Source of the DNA: an uncultured Pirellulaceae bacterium
GTDB taxonomy: Bacteria; Planctomycetota; Planctomycetia; Pirellulales; Pirellulaceae
DNA length: 64,000 nt
Direction: 5' to 3'
Assembly (NCBI GenBank): GCA_964411445.1
Contig: CAYPLE010000004.1
Coordinates: 28,447-92,446, forward strand
Part shown: in pieces, positions 26,585 through 37,084 of the stretch
Numbering within the stretch: the first letter of the stretch is position 1
Layout of the letters: each line of letters opens with the position of its first letter
Notes under the pieces: model-generated
Database searches by the model: none
What the model saw: the letters and a program-made list of their open reading frames with translations, nothing else
Told to the model about the DNA's origin: nothing
Position numbers and translations under genes: made by a program

Positions 26585-27910
26585 TTAGCTGAGCTGATCG
26601 AGGGTGTCGTTGGAATCCCCGAAGCTATCTGCCCGTGTTCCGTGTTGCCGAAGCAGCCATAAGTAAAGGTTGCAGAGTGGCGTTTGCCGCTTGTACTCGA
26701 CATGACGGCCTTGCTTTACGCGTGAAGTACCGCCTGCCAAAATGATGGGTAAGTCGTCGTGATTGTGTCGGTCGCCATCGCTGATGCCGCTACCGTAGAC
26801 AACCAACGTATTGTCTAGCAGTGTTTCGCCGGATTCCGAAACGCTGTCCAGGGCGGTGAGCAGATAGTCCAATTGCTCGATGTGATAGCGATTGATTTTT
26901 GCAATCTTCTGCTGCTTCTCTGGGCTCTTACCGTGATGCGAAAGCCCGTGATGTGCTTCCTGAATGCCTAGGTTCGGATAATTCCAGTTGCTCCCCTCTT
27001 TGGCGAACATCATCGTGGAGATTCGCGTGCTATCGGTTCGGAGTGCCAGGACCATCATGTCCAAGATCAATCGGCAGTGCTCGGTTCGGTCCTTCGGAAC
27101 GCCGGAGGGCTTGGGATAGTTTGGAACGCCACCTTCACCGACGGACAGTTTCTCGGAATTCACCAGACGGTTTTCGATCTCGCGAACCGCGTACAAGTAC
27201 TCATCCAGTTTGCGACGATCTGAGGCTCCAAGTCGTTGGTTGAGCGACTTTGCGTCCTCCAAGGCAAAATCTAGGACGCTGCGACGTGAGGACCGGCGAC
27301 TCTGCTTCGAACTTTCCGTTTCACCTTTTACCGATGAGAAGAGTCGTTCAAAGACCGCCGCAGGATCGCGTTCCAGTGCAACAGGGCTGGTCGCATTGCG
27401 CCACGAAAGGTTGTACTGGTACGCGCAACTGTAACCACTGTCACATCCACCGGACTGCTTAGCAGCTTCCAACCCGAGTTCCAAAGATGGGAAGCGCGTT
27501 TTTCCTCCCATCGTTTGGGCGATGGCTTGATCGATGGAAACGCCATTGCGAATATCTGCACCGTCCGTTTTCTTCGGATGGGCTCCGGTTAGAAACGCCG
27601 CACAGCTACGTGCGTGGTCACCTGGGCCATCTCCGTGCGATTTCGCGCCGTCGAGCGCCAGATTGGTGAGCACACTGAGTTTGTTGCGGTGCTTTTCTAG
27701 TTGAGCAAGCGTTTTGGGCATTTCGAAGTTGCGTCCAACGCTGCTAGGCCGCCAATCGGGCATGTGCACACCATTGGGAACGTAGAAAAATACCGTCCGC
27801 AGCGGAGCGGATTCCGCTGCCGCACGAGCCGGAGCCATCGCTTCTAACATGGGCAAAGCGATGGCAGTACCTGCCCCGCGAAGCACGGTTCTTCTGCTGA
27901 GCTTCTTCAT
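26585..27910 (-). CDS. DUF1552 domain-containing protein
   Basis: Tat-like 'LSRRTVLRGAGTAIALPMLEAM', 'FFYVPNGV', 'GDHAR', 'SIDQ', 'RFPSLELG', 'DSGYSCAY' and 'HNHDDLPIILAGG'. Confidence 0.92.
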   Translation of the reverse strand: MKKLSRRTVLRGAGTAIALPMLEAMAPARAAAESAPLRTVFFYVPNGVHMPDWRPSSVGRNFEMPKTLAQLEKHRNKLSVLTNLALDGAKSHGDGPGDHARSCAAFLTGAHPKKTDGADIRNGVSIDQAIAQTMGGKTRFPSLELGLEAAKQSGGCDSGYSCAYQYNLSWRNATSPVALERDPAAVFERLFSSVKGETESSKQSRRSSRRSVLDFALEDAKSLNQRLGASDRRKLDEYLYAVREIENRLVNSEKLSVGEGGVPNYPKPSGVPKDRTEHCRLILDMMVLALRTDSTRISTMMFAKEGSNWNYPNLGIQEAHHGLSHHGKSPEKQQKIAKINRYHIEQLDYLLTALDSVSESGETLLDNTLVVYGSGISDGDRHNHDDLPIILAGGTSRVKQGRHVEYKRQTPLCNLYLWLLRQHGTRADSFGDSNDTLDQLS

Positions 27911-30255
27911 TCTATTTCCCGTTGGCCTTTCTTTTGGAAGGGATCGCTGCGAACGATTCCAACCAAGAGCGAACTGAATTTGTAATCAGAGTTCTCGAGC
28001 GATGCCATGATCTGGTCAACCGCACATTTGTCGTAGTACTCGAGTCCACGCCCGAGGGCATATGTCATGACCTTTTCGACGAAACAGCGTACGAATTTCT
28101 CTTGGTGCTGTTTCACCAAGACGTCGCGTAAGTCACGGGCGCCTTCGACACGACTTCCGTCCGGCAAGATGCCTGAGGCATCAATGGGCACGCCGTTGTC
28201 TCGCTCTCGGAAGGCACCTACGGCATCAAAATTCTCAAGTGCAAAACCGAGCGGGTCCATCAACTTATGGCAACTGGCACACCCCGGATCCGCGCGGTGT
28301 TGTTCCAATTGCTCCCGCATCGTCCCGACCAATTGCCCTTTGTCCTTCAGTTCAGGAACACCCGCTGGCGCCGGTGGAGGCGGTGAGTTGAGTAGGTTTT
28401 CGAGTATCCATTGCCCACGCTTTACTGGACTGGTTCGAGTTGGGTGGCTGGTAACGGCCAGCACACTTGCTTGCGTCAGCAATCCTGCTCGCTGGCTCCC
28501 CTTGAGCGAAACAGGTTGGAATGCATCACCATCGACGCCTGGAATACCGTAATAACGGGCCAGTTTTTCGTTCAAGTAAGTGAACTCACCGTCGAGGAGC
28601 CGGAGTACGCTCATGTTTCTCCGCATGACAGCAGAAAAGAACGTGTATGTCTCACGTTCGGCCAGCTTTCGAATCTCGTCGTTCCATCGCGGGAACTCCC
28701 TTGGACTGGGACGAAATTCTTCCAACGCCCGCAGCTTGAGCCACTGACTTACAAAGTTTCGCACGAAAGCATTGGAATGCGGGTGGCGCAGCATTCTAGC
28801 AATCTGCCGCTCTAGATTGTTCCCCTCACGCAGTTTGCCTTGCACCGCATACGCCAGCAATTCGTCGTCGGGCATGGAGCTCCAAAGAAAATACGACAGC
28901 CGCGTCGCCAACTCGAACTCGTCCAGTTCACGGTAGTCGCTAAATTCGATGTCGCTGGAAGGTGGCTCGACTCGGAACAAAAACTTGGGACTAATGAGGA
29001 CAGCCTGAACGGCAACTTGAATGCCTTCCTCAAACGAACCTCCTTGTTCGCGAATATTCTCTGCCAGTGAGACGAGCCGCCCGAGGTCTGCCGTGTCGAC
29101 CGGGCGGCGATAAGCACGGCTGGCAAAGCGTTGAAGGATTTTGCGGCTAGCATCATCGTACTCGGCAGGGCTTCGCGGCTGCACGAAGAAAATCCGCTTG
29201 TGCTGAGGCGAGATTTTGGAAGGGTCCAACTTTGGAATGCCCGATGCAACTTCTTGCAGCCGAACATGATGGATGGTCAAGTTGCGGTCCTGAGCGGGAT
29301 TGCCGCCTTGAGCTTTGATGTACAGATCATTGACGAAGCTCAAGCCGATGCGACGACTGCCGGCGCGAAGCCGTGTCCGCAGCCTAAATTCTCCAGCATC
29401 GGTGTGTTCGTTGGGAACTGCGATTCGACGAATCTGCTTGTCATCAACCGACACAGCCATCAAACATGGCTCCCTTCCCACCTGATCACCCGATGCTGTC
29501 ACGATCACTTCGTAACTGGCCGCTCGCGGGATTTGTGCAACTAGCGTCGCCGTGCCTGAGGATGCGAGGGTGAGATGCCCGTCGCCGTTGGACGAATTGG
29601 CCTCTATTTCCAGTTGGCTACCGGCTGCATCGATCGACATCAACGCTGGCATGTCAGGCGTCTGTATCGCTCGACGGCTAATTTTCTCAGCAGCGATCAG
29701 ATACTTTTCCATCAAGATCGGCGGCAAGGTAAGCACATCGCCGATATTATCGAATCCGTAGCCGGTATCATCACCTGGAAAATCGCTCGCCGGCGTGTAG
29801 ACAAGGCCCACGAGATCGCGAATCGTGTTTTGGTACTCCGTGGCGTTCAGCCGTCGAAGCGTAACTTGCCCTGGATTAGGCGTCAGCCCACACTCATAGT
29901 CGTCGATCGCGGCCCTCAACCAACTGGTAATTTGTTCGCGCTGTGCATCGGTCAACTCATTGACGTCGGGAGGAGGCATTTCGCCAATCTGGAGTTTTTG
30001 AATGGCCATTTCCCAGATACGCCTGCCTTTGAGCACCGCCAGCGGCGTATCAAAATGGTCCAGCGCCAGGCCTGCGTCCGCTTCAGCACCACTGTGACAA
30101 TCGTAGCAATGAGTCGTCAGCAGCGGCGCAATCTTTGTTCGCCACTCCTGCTCAAGTTGATCTGAATCGGCTGCATCAGCGGACAAGCTATTCGCAACAG
30201 CGATTAGTAGGGCAGCAATAATAGAAGAGGTCTTGAGCATGGTCACATATGCCAT
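27907..30255 (-). CDS. DUF1592-family protein (DUF1587/1595/1592/1588/1585 domains) with planctomycete cytochrome c domain
   Basis: CYDCH near the N-terminus, 'LRRLNATEYQNTIRDL', 'GFDNIGD', 'ELATRLSYFLWSSMPDDEL', 'TSPVKRG' and CASCH. 4-nt overlap with the DUF1552 gene. Start at 30255 or 30240. Confidence 0.92.
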   Translation of the reverse strand: MAYVTMLKTSSIIAALLIAVANSLSADAADSDQLEQEWRTKIAPLLTTHCYDCHSGAEADAGLALDHFDTPLAVLKGRRIWEMAIQKLQIGEMPPPDVNELTDAQREQITSWLRAAIDDYECGLTPNPGQVTLRRLNATEYQNTIRDLVGLVYTPASDFPGDDTGYGFDNIGDVLTLPPILMEKYLIAAEKISRRAIQTPDMPALMSIDAAGSQLEIEANSSNGDGHLTLASSGTATLVAQIPRAASYEVIVTASGDQVGREPCLMAVSVDDKQIRRIAVPNEHTDAGEFRLRTRLRAGSRRIGLSFVNDLYIKAQGGNPAQDRNLTIHHVRLQEVASGIPKLDPSKISPQHKRIFFVQPRSPAEYDDASRKILQRFASRAYRRPVDTADLGRLVSLAENIREQGGSFEEGIQVAVQAVLISPKFLFRVEPPSSDIEFSDYRELDEFELATRLSYFLWSSMPDDELLAYAVQGKLREGNNLERQIARMLRHPHSNAFVRNFVSQWLKLRALEEFRPSPREFPRWNDEIRKLAERETYTFFSAVMRRNMSVLRLLDGEFTYLNEKLARYYGIPGVDGDAFQPVSLKGSQRAGLLTQASVLAVTSHPTRTSPVKRGQWILENLLNSPPPPAPAGVPELKDKGQLVGTMREQLEQHRADPGCASCHKLMDPLGFALENFDAVGAFRERDNGVPIDASGILPDGSRVEGARDLRDVLVKQHQEKFVRCFVEKVMTYALGRGLEYYDKCAVDQIMASLENSDYKFSSLLVGIVRSDPFQKKGQREIE

Positions 30256-30482
30256 TCGTGTGTCAGGCTCGAGGAAAAATAGATCGATATCAGCGATACA
30301 CCTTCACTGTACGATGGGCGAATCGCTAGTGTTAGAGTCTCTCCTAGTCATTATAGCTCAACGCGACACTTTCGGCGCATCGCACATTCGGCTCGCTTTG
30401 ACGCGCAGGTCTGCAAAAACGATGCATGGGCACACAAAAAAACAACGCGCCGCGGCTAGCACTCAGCTCAACCTGCTTGCAT

Positions 30483-31109
30483 CTAAGCTGCAATCGGTCG
30501 GGCCAGTGGATCTGGGGCTATGGGAGACACATCGACGATCACTTGAAAACGCCCGCCCTCGGCACAGTGCAGATCGACCTTCACACGTTGATTCTTGTGT
30601 AAACGTTGTATTGCAAGGTGTTCGCGGTCATTTCGTGTTGAACCTCGCTCTGCGACTGGCATATATAGATGTCCGTCGATGATCGAAGTTGATGTTGGAC
30701 CGAGCGTGACGGGAAAATCGTTGATGTGCTCACCGCCCGGTTGCTGAAGCAAGCGAAAATGCGCGTGTTCCCATCTTCCGTCCGAGCACGAAAGCTGAAC
30801 TCGCATAGCCACAATGGAATTGGGCAGAATGCTCTGATTGCACACTACGAATCGGCAGAAATATCTGGCCCAATGTCCGTCCGGCAATTCGACCAAATTT
30901 TGAAATGGGTACCCATCCTCTTGAGGCATGAGTACAGCTCCGGAAATTGGTTTCGGGCAATAGACGGAAACGCTGGGACGTTCCTGATTGCTGCGGACAA
31001 ACCAGAAATAGCCGGTGGAGCCAAGAGCCAAGATGGAGCAGGCAACGCTCACGATCGAATCGAGTTCTGAGAACACTGTTGGTATTTCCCGAATGTGTTC
31101 GGCGTGCAC
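30483..31109 (-). CDS. Hypothetical protein with N-terminal TM
   Basis: 208-aa ORF with one TM (SIVSVACSILALGSTGYFWF) and a beta-rich domain. GTG 31076 is an alternative start. Confidence 0.6.
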   Translation of the reverse strand: MHAEHIREIPTVFSELDSIVSVACSILALGSTGYFWFVRSNQERPSVSVYCPKPISGAVLMPQEDGYPFQNLVELPDGHWARYFCRFVVCNQSILPNSIVAMRVQLSCSDGRWEHAHFRLLQQPGGEHINDFPVTLGPTSTSIIDGHLYMPVAERGSTRNDREHLAIQRLHKNQRVKVDLHCAEGGRFQVIVDVSPIAPDPLARPIAA

Positions 31110-31391
31110 GAGGCGAAGCCGCCTGAATCCTTGTCGTCGACTGTAGCAAGTTGTTATACGATAAAGAACGTTTTGGCGCTAAGCTCGATTCTGAGATTAG
31201 CTTTGCACTCGCAGCCCAAAAGGACTAATCCCCCATCCTGCGAGAGGACGTTGACTTCTTCGAGCTGGCTGTGTGAGCTGAGATAATCCGACGTTTCACG
31301 GCACTCCTTAAATTGCGATTCTGGCCAGGGCCTGCTATGTTAGACCGGCAACGATTTTACCGTTTCTGCTGTTTATGCTGAGAAGATTGCC

Positions 31392-34300
31392 ATGCTCCGA
31401 CCCAGTCGAAAACTCCGACTAGAGGGCCTCGAAGACCGTCGTTTGCTCGCTGCCTATATCAATGAAATTCATTACGACCCATTGTTCAGCCAAGACAACA
31501 CGGATCAATACCTAGAGCTCCGCGGTGCACCGAATGAGACTCTGCCTGCTGGAACTTACTTCTTGGGTATCGAGAGCGCGGATGGAGTCAACGAACTGGG
31601 CGACATTCACACAATTATTGACCTGAGCGGCAAACAGTTTGGCGCCAACGGGCTGATGGTCTTTGCTCAAAGCGGCAACGGCTTCTCGATATCTAGCGAG
31701 GCGACCGCATTCGTTGGCTCCAATGGCTTCTTGGGTATCCCCGGTTTTTCGGCTGACGGCACAGCCAACTCGATTCACGCGGGAAGTAGCACGTACCTGT
31801 TGGTGCAAGCGTCTGTCGCCCCAACGTTAGACATGGATATTGACGGCGATGATGATGGCCTGCCTGACGGCGCGGCGCTTGGCTGGACGCTCTTGGACGG
31901 CGTCAGCGTTTTTCCATGGGTCGAGAACAGTTGGCCACAACATGCCTATGCACCAATCTTGTTCACGGAAGACAACGTGGGGAGTTCGCATCCCGGCACA
32001 GTACGTGTGATCACCGAACAACTTGCCTATGTAGGGCGTATCGGCGCGTCCGATGGCTATGATCCCGGTGAGTGGGTTGCTGGTAATACAGTCGAAACAG
32101 ATCGCCCGAACAGCAACTTCGAATTCGAATTGCAACACGGCGTTTTTGGCACAGTTGTCCCACCCGCGTACAGCAGCCGAATTCTTGATCATGTCGGACA
32201 GCCAAATTGGTACGCTTCTGTTCATGGGGCAGTCTTCCAAGACAGCAATTTGAACGCTCAGCAAGACGACGGTGAAATAGGCTTGTCCGGTGTGAATGTC
32301 TTCTTGGATTCCGATGGTTTCTTTGGAGATGGCAAGCATCGCGAATTTGTCGACGCGGACGACTACACCGAAGATACGGTCGTCAACAACGTTTCCAGCA
32401 ACGTCACACTTACGACTGCCGGAACCAGCAACCAACACTTGGGTTTTGATATCACCATCGATAACAAAGTGTTCCAAGACCCATCCCAGGGGCAACAATT
32501 TGCGCATGCGGGCGTAGGCTTTTTTGGTGAGACGCGACGACTGCGGATGGATTTTTACCGTCCTGCTTCACAAGTCAGCGCGAATTTCCTGGGCGCGTCG
32601 ACGCTGTCGGACGTTTACGGGCGGCTCGAAATGTTCAATGCTGACGGACAGTCCTTAGGATTCACGCGGACCAGAGCACTCCGCTTAAATGACCAACAGA
32701 GCCTGACGCTCAACGCCCCAGGTGAGCTCATCGCCTACGCCGTTGCGTATTCAAACGATTCCTATTTAGATTCTTCGCCTTTTGGCAGAATTGATTGGAT
32801 TGGCTTTGAATTGCCTCAGCAGTCAACGGCCACCGATTCCGATGGACGCTATGAATTTAATCGCGTTCCAATCGGCAGCCAACATATCACCATCGAATCC
32901 CCAGACGGCTATCGAATCCAAACACCTGTCTCAGGAATGTACGACTTCACCGTCGCTGACGAAGTTGAGTTTCCAAACCAAGACTTTGCACTTGCGGGCG
33001 GCGAGCCACCACGGTTTGACGATACGACTCTTTCGGTCAGTGAAGCTCACGCAGTCGATACAGCCATCGGCGGACTCAACTTGGAATTAGGCTATCCGCA
33101 CCAGCGGCTTGAGGCTGAATTCGTTTCAGGCAATGAAGCTGGGCTGTTCGAATTCGATTTTGCGAACCGTCGACTGATTCTGAAAAGCGGCCTGGACTAT
33201 GAGACCCAGACAACTCACGAAGTTGTTATGAAGTTGGTCGACACCTTCAACAGCGAGCTGACGGCTCAAGCCACAGTGACTGTGAATGTTGGCGATGCAA
33301 ACGATGCACCAAAAGTGGATTCATTTGAAGAAACGATCGTCGAAAACGCAGCAGTGGGCACCATCGTCGGAACGGTCACGGCCTCCGACGAAGACTCGGG
33401 AGAAAACGGCGAGTTCGTTTTCTCGTTGGCGACTGGTAACGAATCCGGAGCTTTCGCGGTCGACGCCGAGTCAGGGGAGGTTAGCGTTGCTGATTCTCTG
33501 CCGGTGAATTTTGAAGCATCGCCAACGTTCATCCTTGGACTTCGCGCCTCCGACAAACGCGACTCTACGGTGTACGGGCAACGGAACATCACGATTCATC
33601 TCGAAGATGTGAATGAACCGCCAGCAATCCCCGAACAGACAATCCGCAGTTCTGAAGCGTTGCTCGCAGGAGCGACGATCGGTTTTGTGACGCATTCAGA
33701 TCCCGACGCAAATCAAACGCTCTCGTGGAGCATCATTGAGCCCGCCGAACCAGCCTTTACGATTCACCCTGGCGGCGAGCTGCGATTGCTTCCTGGTACT
33801 CGCCTGAATTTTGAAGACACGCCGAGCTACGAGATGTTGATTCGAGTAGCCGATTCTGGAGATCCTGCCCTGGTCGCAGAACAAACGGTCACCGTGCAAG
33901 TCGTTGATGCGAACGATCCACCTGTCATGCCAAATCAATCGGCTGATGTTTCTGAAGCTGCGGCCGCAGGAACAGTTCTCGCGCAAGTCGAGGCGACCGA
34001 CGAAGACGCTGGGCAACAGCTCACGTTCCAATGGGTCAGTGGTGCAGAAGAGCTCTTCACGTTGAGTTCTTCCGGGGAGCTAATGCTCAAAGAGGATGCT
34101 GGTCTGGATTTTGAAGTGCTCGACACCTATCAAGTTGTTGTCCGCGTGGTCGACTCTTTCGCTCCTCCAGCGTCAACAGAAGCAACTCTAACGCTCCGAA
34201 TCCAAGACGCAAACGATGCACCTGCACTCGTCGATGCCACCATTGACGTTCCTGAGAATAGCCCCGCCGGTTTATCGGTTGCTACGATTGGAGTCGAAGA

Positions 34301-35153
34301 TCAGGATGCTGGCGACTCGCACACCTTCTCGATCCTGTCTCAGTCATCGCCCTGGTTCGAATTCGGTGACGGTGGACAATTGTTGATCCGCGATGGAGCT
34401 GACGTCAATTACGAGACAACACAAACGGCCGAAGTGGTCGTTCAGGTCGAAGATTCAGCAGGCGCCACGGACGTGCACACCTTCGCTGTCATGGTGACAG
34501 ATTTGAACGATGCTCCGAAGCTCGTGAGCGAAATTTCAGATCAGTCTGCGGCTGTTGGTGAGGGGTTTTCTTTCGCCATCCCTGCGGGGACATTTATTGA
34601 CGAAGACGAAGGGGACACGTTGCAGTTCAGGGCTGTCGGCGGAGACGGATTTTCTCTGCCATCCTGGATCGATTTTGACCGCGAAACCCAGACTCTCACT
34701 GGGACTCCTACATCCAACGATGTCGGCCAACTAGAAGTCCGCATCTCCGCGTTTGACAACGATTTAGCCTTCGTTTCAGACACATTCATGATCGACATCG
34801 AAGACAATCGCTTTCCGTGGCACAACACAGAGAACGCGATGGACGCGAACAATGACACCTTCGTGACCCCAAGCGACGCACTGGCAATCATCAACTACAT
34901 CAATGCAGGCAGCGACGCCGAAGTTCCTGCCGGCTCTGCTCCCAGCCGCGGGTGGTTGGACGTGAACGGCGACAATTACGTTACACCGTCGGATGTATTG
35001 ATCGTGATTAATCACCTCAATTCAGCACCCGAAGGCGAAGCCGCTCGCGACGCTTTCTTTGGCGATTTGAGCATACAGAATGACCACGATGATGACGAGA
35101 AACTCTTGCAATTGATGCTGGACGCTTACAATTTGGCAGAAGATCTCACATAA
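31392..35153 (+). CDS. Large extracellular adhesin-like protein: planctomycete leader, lamin-tail-like domain, SdrD-B-like domain, 5 cadherin repeats, CADG/Ig domain, dockerin-like C-terminus
   Basis: 'RKLRLEGLEDRRLLA', 'INEIHYDP', five DxND[AP]P/NEPP cadherin linkers, 'LPSWIDFD...LTGTP', and paired 'DANNDTFVTPSDAL' / 'DVNGDNYVTPSDVL'. Confidence 0.9.
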   Translation: MLRPSRKLRLEGLEDRRLLAAYINEIHYDPLFSQDNTDQYLELRGAPNETLPAGTYFLGIESADGVNELGDIHTIIDLSGKQFGANGLMVFAQSGNGFSISSEATAFVGSNGFLGIPGFSADGTANSIHAGSSTYLLVQASVAPTLDMDIDGDDDGLPDGAALGWTLLDGVSVFPWVENSWPQHAYAPILFTEDNVGSSHPGTVRVITEQLAYVGRIGASDGYDPGEWVAGNTVETDRPNSNFEFELQHGVFGTVVPPAYSSRILDHVGQPNWYASVHGAVFQDSNLNAQQDDGEIGLSGVNVFLDSDGFFGDGKHREFVDADDYTEDTVVNNVSSNVTLTTAGTSNQHLGFDITIDNKVFQDPSQGQQFAHAGVGFFGETRRLRMDFYRPASQVSANFLGASTLSDVYGRLEMFNADGQSLGFTRTRALRLNDQQSLTLNAPGELIAYAVAYSNDSYLDSSPFGRIDWIGFELPQQSTATDSDGRYEFNRVPIGSQHITIESPDGYRIQTPVSGMYDFTVADEVEFPNQDFALAGGEPPRFDDTTLSVSEAHAVDTAIGGLNLELGYPHQRLEAEFVSGNEAGLFEFDFANRRLILKSGLDYETQTTHEVVMKLVDTFNSELTAQATVTVNVGDANDAPKVDSFEETIVENAAVGTIVGTVTASDEDSGENGEFVFSLATGNESGAFAVDAESGEVSVADSLPVNFEASPTFILGLRASDKRDSTVYGQRNITIHLEDVNEPPAIPEQTIRSSEALLAGATIGFVTHSDPDANQTLSWSIIEPAEPAFTIHPGGELRLLPGTRLNFEDTPSYEMLIRVADSGDPALVAEQTVTVQVVDANDPPVMPNQSADVSEAAAAGTVLAQVEATDEDAGQQLTFQWVSGAEELFTLSSSGELMLKEDAGLDFEVLDTYQVVVRVVDSFAPPASTEATLTLRIQDANDAPALVDATIDVPENSPAGLSVATIGVEDQDAGDSHTFSILSQSSPWFEFGDGGQLLIRDGADVNYETTQTAEVVVQVEDSAGATDVHTFAVMVTDLNDAPKLVSEISDQSAAVGEGFSFAIPAGTFIDEDEGDTLQFRAVGGDGFSLPSWIDFDRETQTLTGTPTSNDVGQLEVRISAFDNDLAFVSDTFMIDIEDNRFPWHNTENAMDANNDTFVTPSDALAIINYINAGSDAEVPAGSAPSRGWLDVNGDNYVTPSDVLIVINHLNSAPEGEAARDAFFGDLSIQNDHDDDEKLLQLMLDAYNLAEDLT

Positions 35154-35542
35154 GCCATCCCGCTGCACCTGTGGATTTGATAGGGTTGGCCTTCCGCCCT
35201 CCCACAGCCCGCTGCTCAGTTGAGTTTTCGGCATACGCAGTGTTTCCGTGTTCAAACGGACGGTGCATTGCAACAAGGTCGTGGTCTGCCGCAGGCTCCC
35301 CGCCTCTTGCGCGGCTCAGCCTGTGCATGAACCCATCAACCGGCAGATTCCAAAACCCGGCCGAGGGTTTGTCTTCCGTCCTGTAGCGTGGCTCGCTAGT
35401 CCGGACGGTGCCGAAATCCTGCCGATACTTGAGCGAATATCCTCTCGCGGACGCACATTGCTGCGGCAGCGATTGTGATGAAGTAGAATGTGCGGCGATG
35501 ATGAACATTCTTTGATTGTGCACCCATGATTGGCGGAGAAAC

Positions 35543-37066
35543 ATGACGCAACGGCTCACCACTCTTTCCAAGCTAGCTCTGTTTTGTCCGAGCCTGCTAT
35601 CAAGTCGGCTAATCGCCGTCGCTGTTTGCGTCGTTTTGCATTGGCCAATAGTCCCCCGCGCTCTTGCCCAAGCCGACCCGCGACCGAATATTGTGTTGTT
35701 TGTGACCGACGATCAAAGCCAGGATATTGGTGCGTATGGGAATGACGCGATTCGTACGCCGAACATGGATCGCCTCGCACAAGAAGGGGTGATCTTTCGA
35801 AACGCATTCTGCACAACCGCTAGCTGCAGTGCTTCTCGTTCGGTGATACTGACGGGTCTGCACAACCATTTAAACGGTCATTACGGACACCAGCACAGCT
35901 ATCATCACTTTAGTGCTTTCGACCGTGTCCGTAGCCTGCCAGTTCGTTTGACCGAGGCGGGGTACGCGACGATTCGAATTGGAAAGTACCATGTTGCACC
36001 CGAGGAGGTCTTCAAATTTGAAACCACACTGAATGGCAACGCGCGAAATCCCGTTCAAATGGCAAATCAGGTCCGAGCGCATCTCCAGGAAGTCGATCGC
36101 GCACAACCGTTCTTCCTCTACTTTTGCACATCCGATCCGCACCGCAGCGGTGGCCGCCGGGAAGACCTTCCGCATCGCCCCAATCCCTTTGGCAACCGCC
36201 CGGAGGGCTACGAAGGCGTTGCCAGCGAATACTACGATCCGGCGAAGGTGGTCGTCCCCAACTTTTTGCCCGACACGCCAGTAAGTCGTGCCGAACTGGC
36301 CATGTACTACGAAAGTATCTCGCGCATTGATGCCGGGCTCGGCCAACTCGTTGACAATTTGAAAGCAATGGGCGAATACGATAATACGGTCATCATTTTC
36401 ACCAGCGACCATGGCATGGCTTTTCCTGGCGCGAAAACCACGCTTTACGAACCAGGGATGCGAGTGCCGATGATTGTCAAAACGCCCGAGACCGCTCAAA
36501 CGACGCCAGCAGAGGCTACCAACGCAGCACAGCGCGAAAATGGTGCCTACTTAAGCCACGTTGATCTCGCACCCACGATCCTTGATTTTGCTCAAGCTTA
36601 TGGGCAACCCAACAACGCTCGGAAGGACTTTCATGGCCGAAGCTGGGCCAAGGTCCTGAACGCGAAACAGGTTCCAAAAGAGTGGAATACGGTTTATGCG
36701 TCACACACGTTTCACGAAATCCAGATGTATTACCCGATGCGAGTGGTCCACACGGATCGGTATAAATTGATTTGGAATATTGCGTACCAGTTGCCGTACC
36801 CCTTCGCCTCTGATCTATGGGCTGCACCGACGTGGCAAGATCGCTACGAGAAGGGTGACGACACGTTGTATGGCAAGCGAACTGTGAATCAGTACATCCA
36901 CCGGGCTCAATTCGAGCTGTTTGATCTCGCCAACGATCCCGATGAAACTCGAAATCTGGCCTTGGAGGAAGACTACGCAGACTTGCTTAACAACATGAAG
37001 GCTGATTTGAAACAGTTCCAGCGTCAGACCAAGGACCCCTGGATCAGCAAATGGGAATACGAGTAA
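35543..37066 (+). CDS. Sulfatase (N-sulfoglucosamine sulfohydrolase-like)
   Basis: Signal peptide, 'RPNIVLFVTDD', formylglycine motif 'CSASRSVILTG', 'GKYH', 'DPH' and 'FTSDHG'. ATG 35543 follows GGAG. Confidence 0.92.
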   Translation: MTQRLTTLSKLALFCPSLLSSRLIAVAVCVVLHWPIVPRALAQADPRPNIVLFVTDDQSQDIGAYGNDAIRTPNMDRLAQEGVIFRNAFCTTASCSASRSVILTGLHNHLNGHYGHQHSYHHFSAFDRVRSLPVRLTEAGYATIRIGKYHVAPEEVFKFETTLNGNARNPVQMANQVRAHLQEVDRAQPFFLYFCTSDPHRSGGRREDLPHRPNPFGNRPEGYEGVASEYYDPAKVVVPNFLPDTPVSRAELAMYYESISRIDAGLGQLVDNLKAMGEYDNTVIIFTSDHGMAFPGAKTTLYEPGMRVPMIVKTPETAQTTPAEATNAAQRENGAYLSHVDLAPTILDFAQAYGQPNNARKDFHGRSWAKVLNAKQVPKEWNTVYASHTFHEIQMYYPMRVVHTDRYKLIWNIAYQLPYPFASDLWAAPTWQDRYEKGDDTLYGKRTVNQYIHRAQFELFDLANDPDETRNLALEEDYADLLNNMKADLKQFQRQTKDPWISKWEYE

Positions 37067-37084
37067 CAGTCGGAACGCAAAGCA

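Noticed and set aside
35146-35571. 141-aa minus-strand ORF between the cadherin protein and the sulfatase
   Set aside because: Overlaps both neighbours, has no clear RBS or motif and has atypical composition. A short real gene here cannot be fully excluded.
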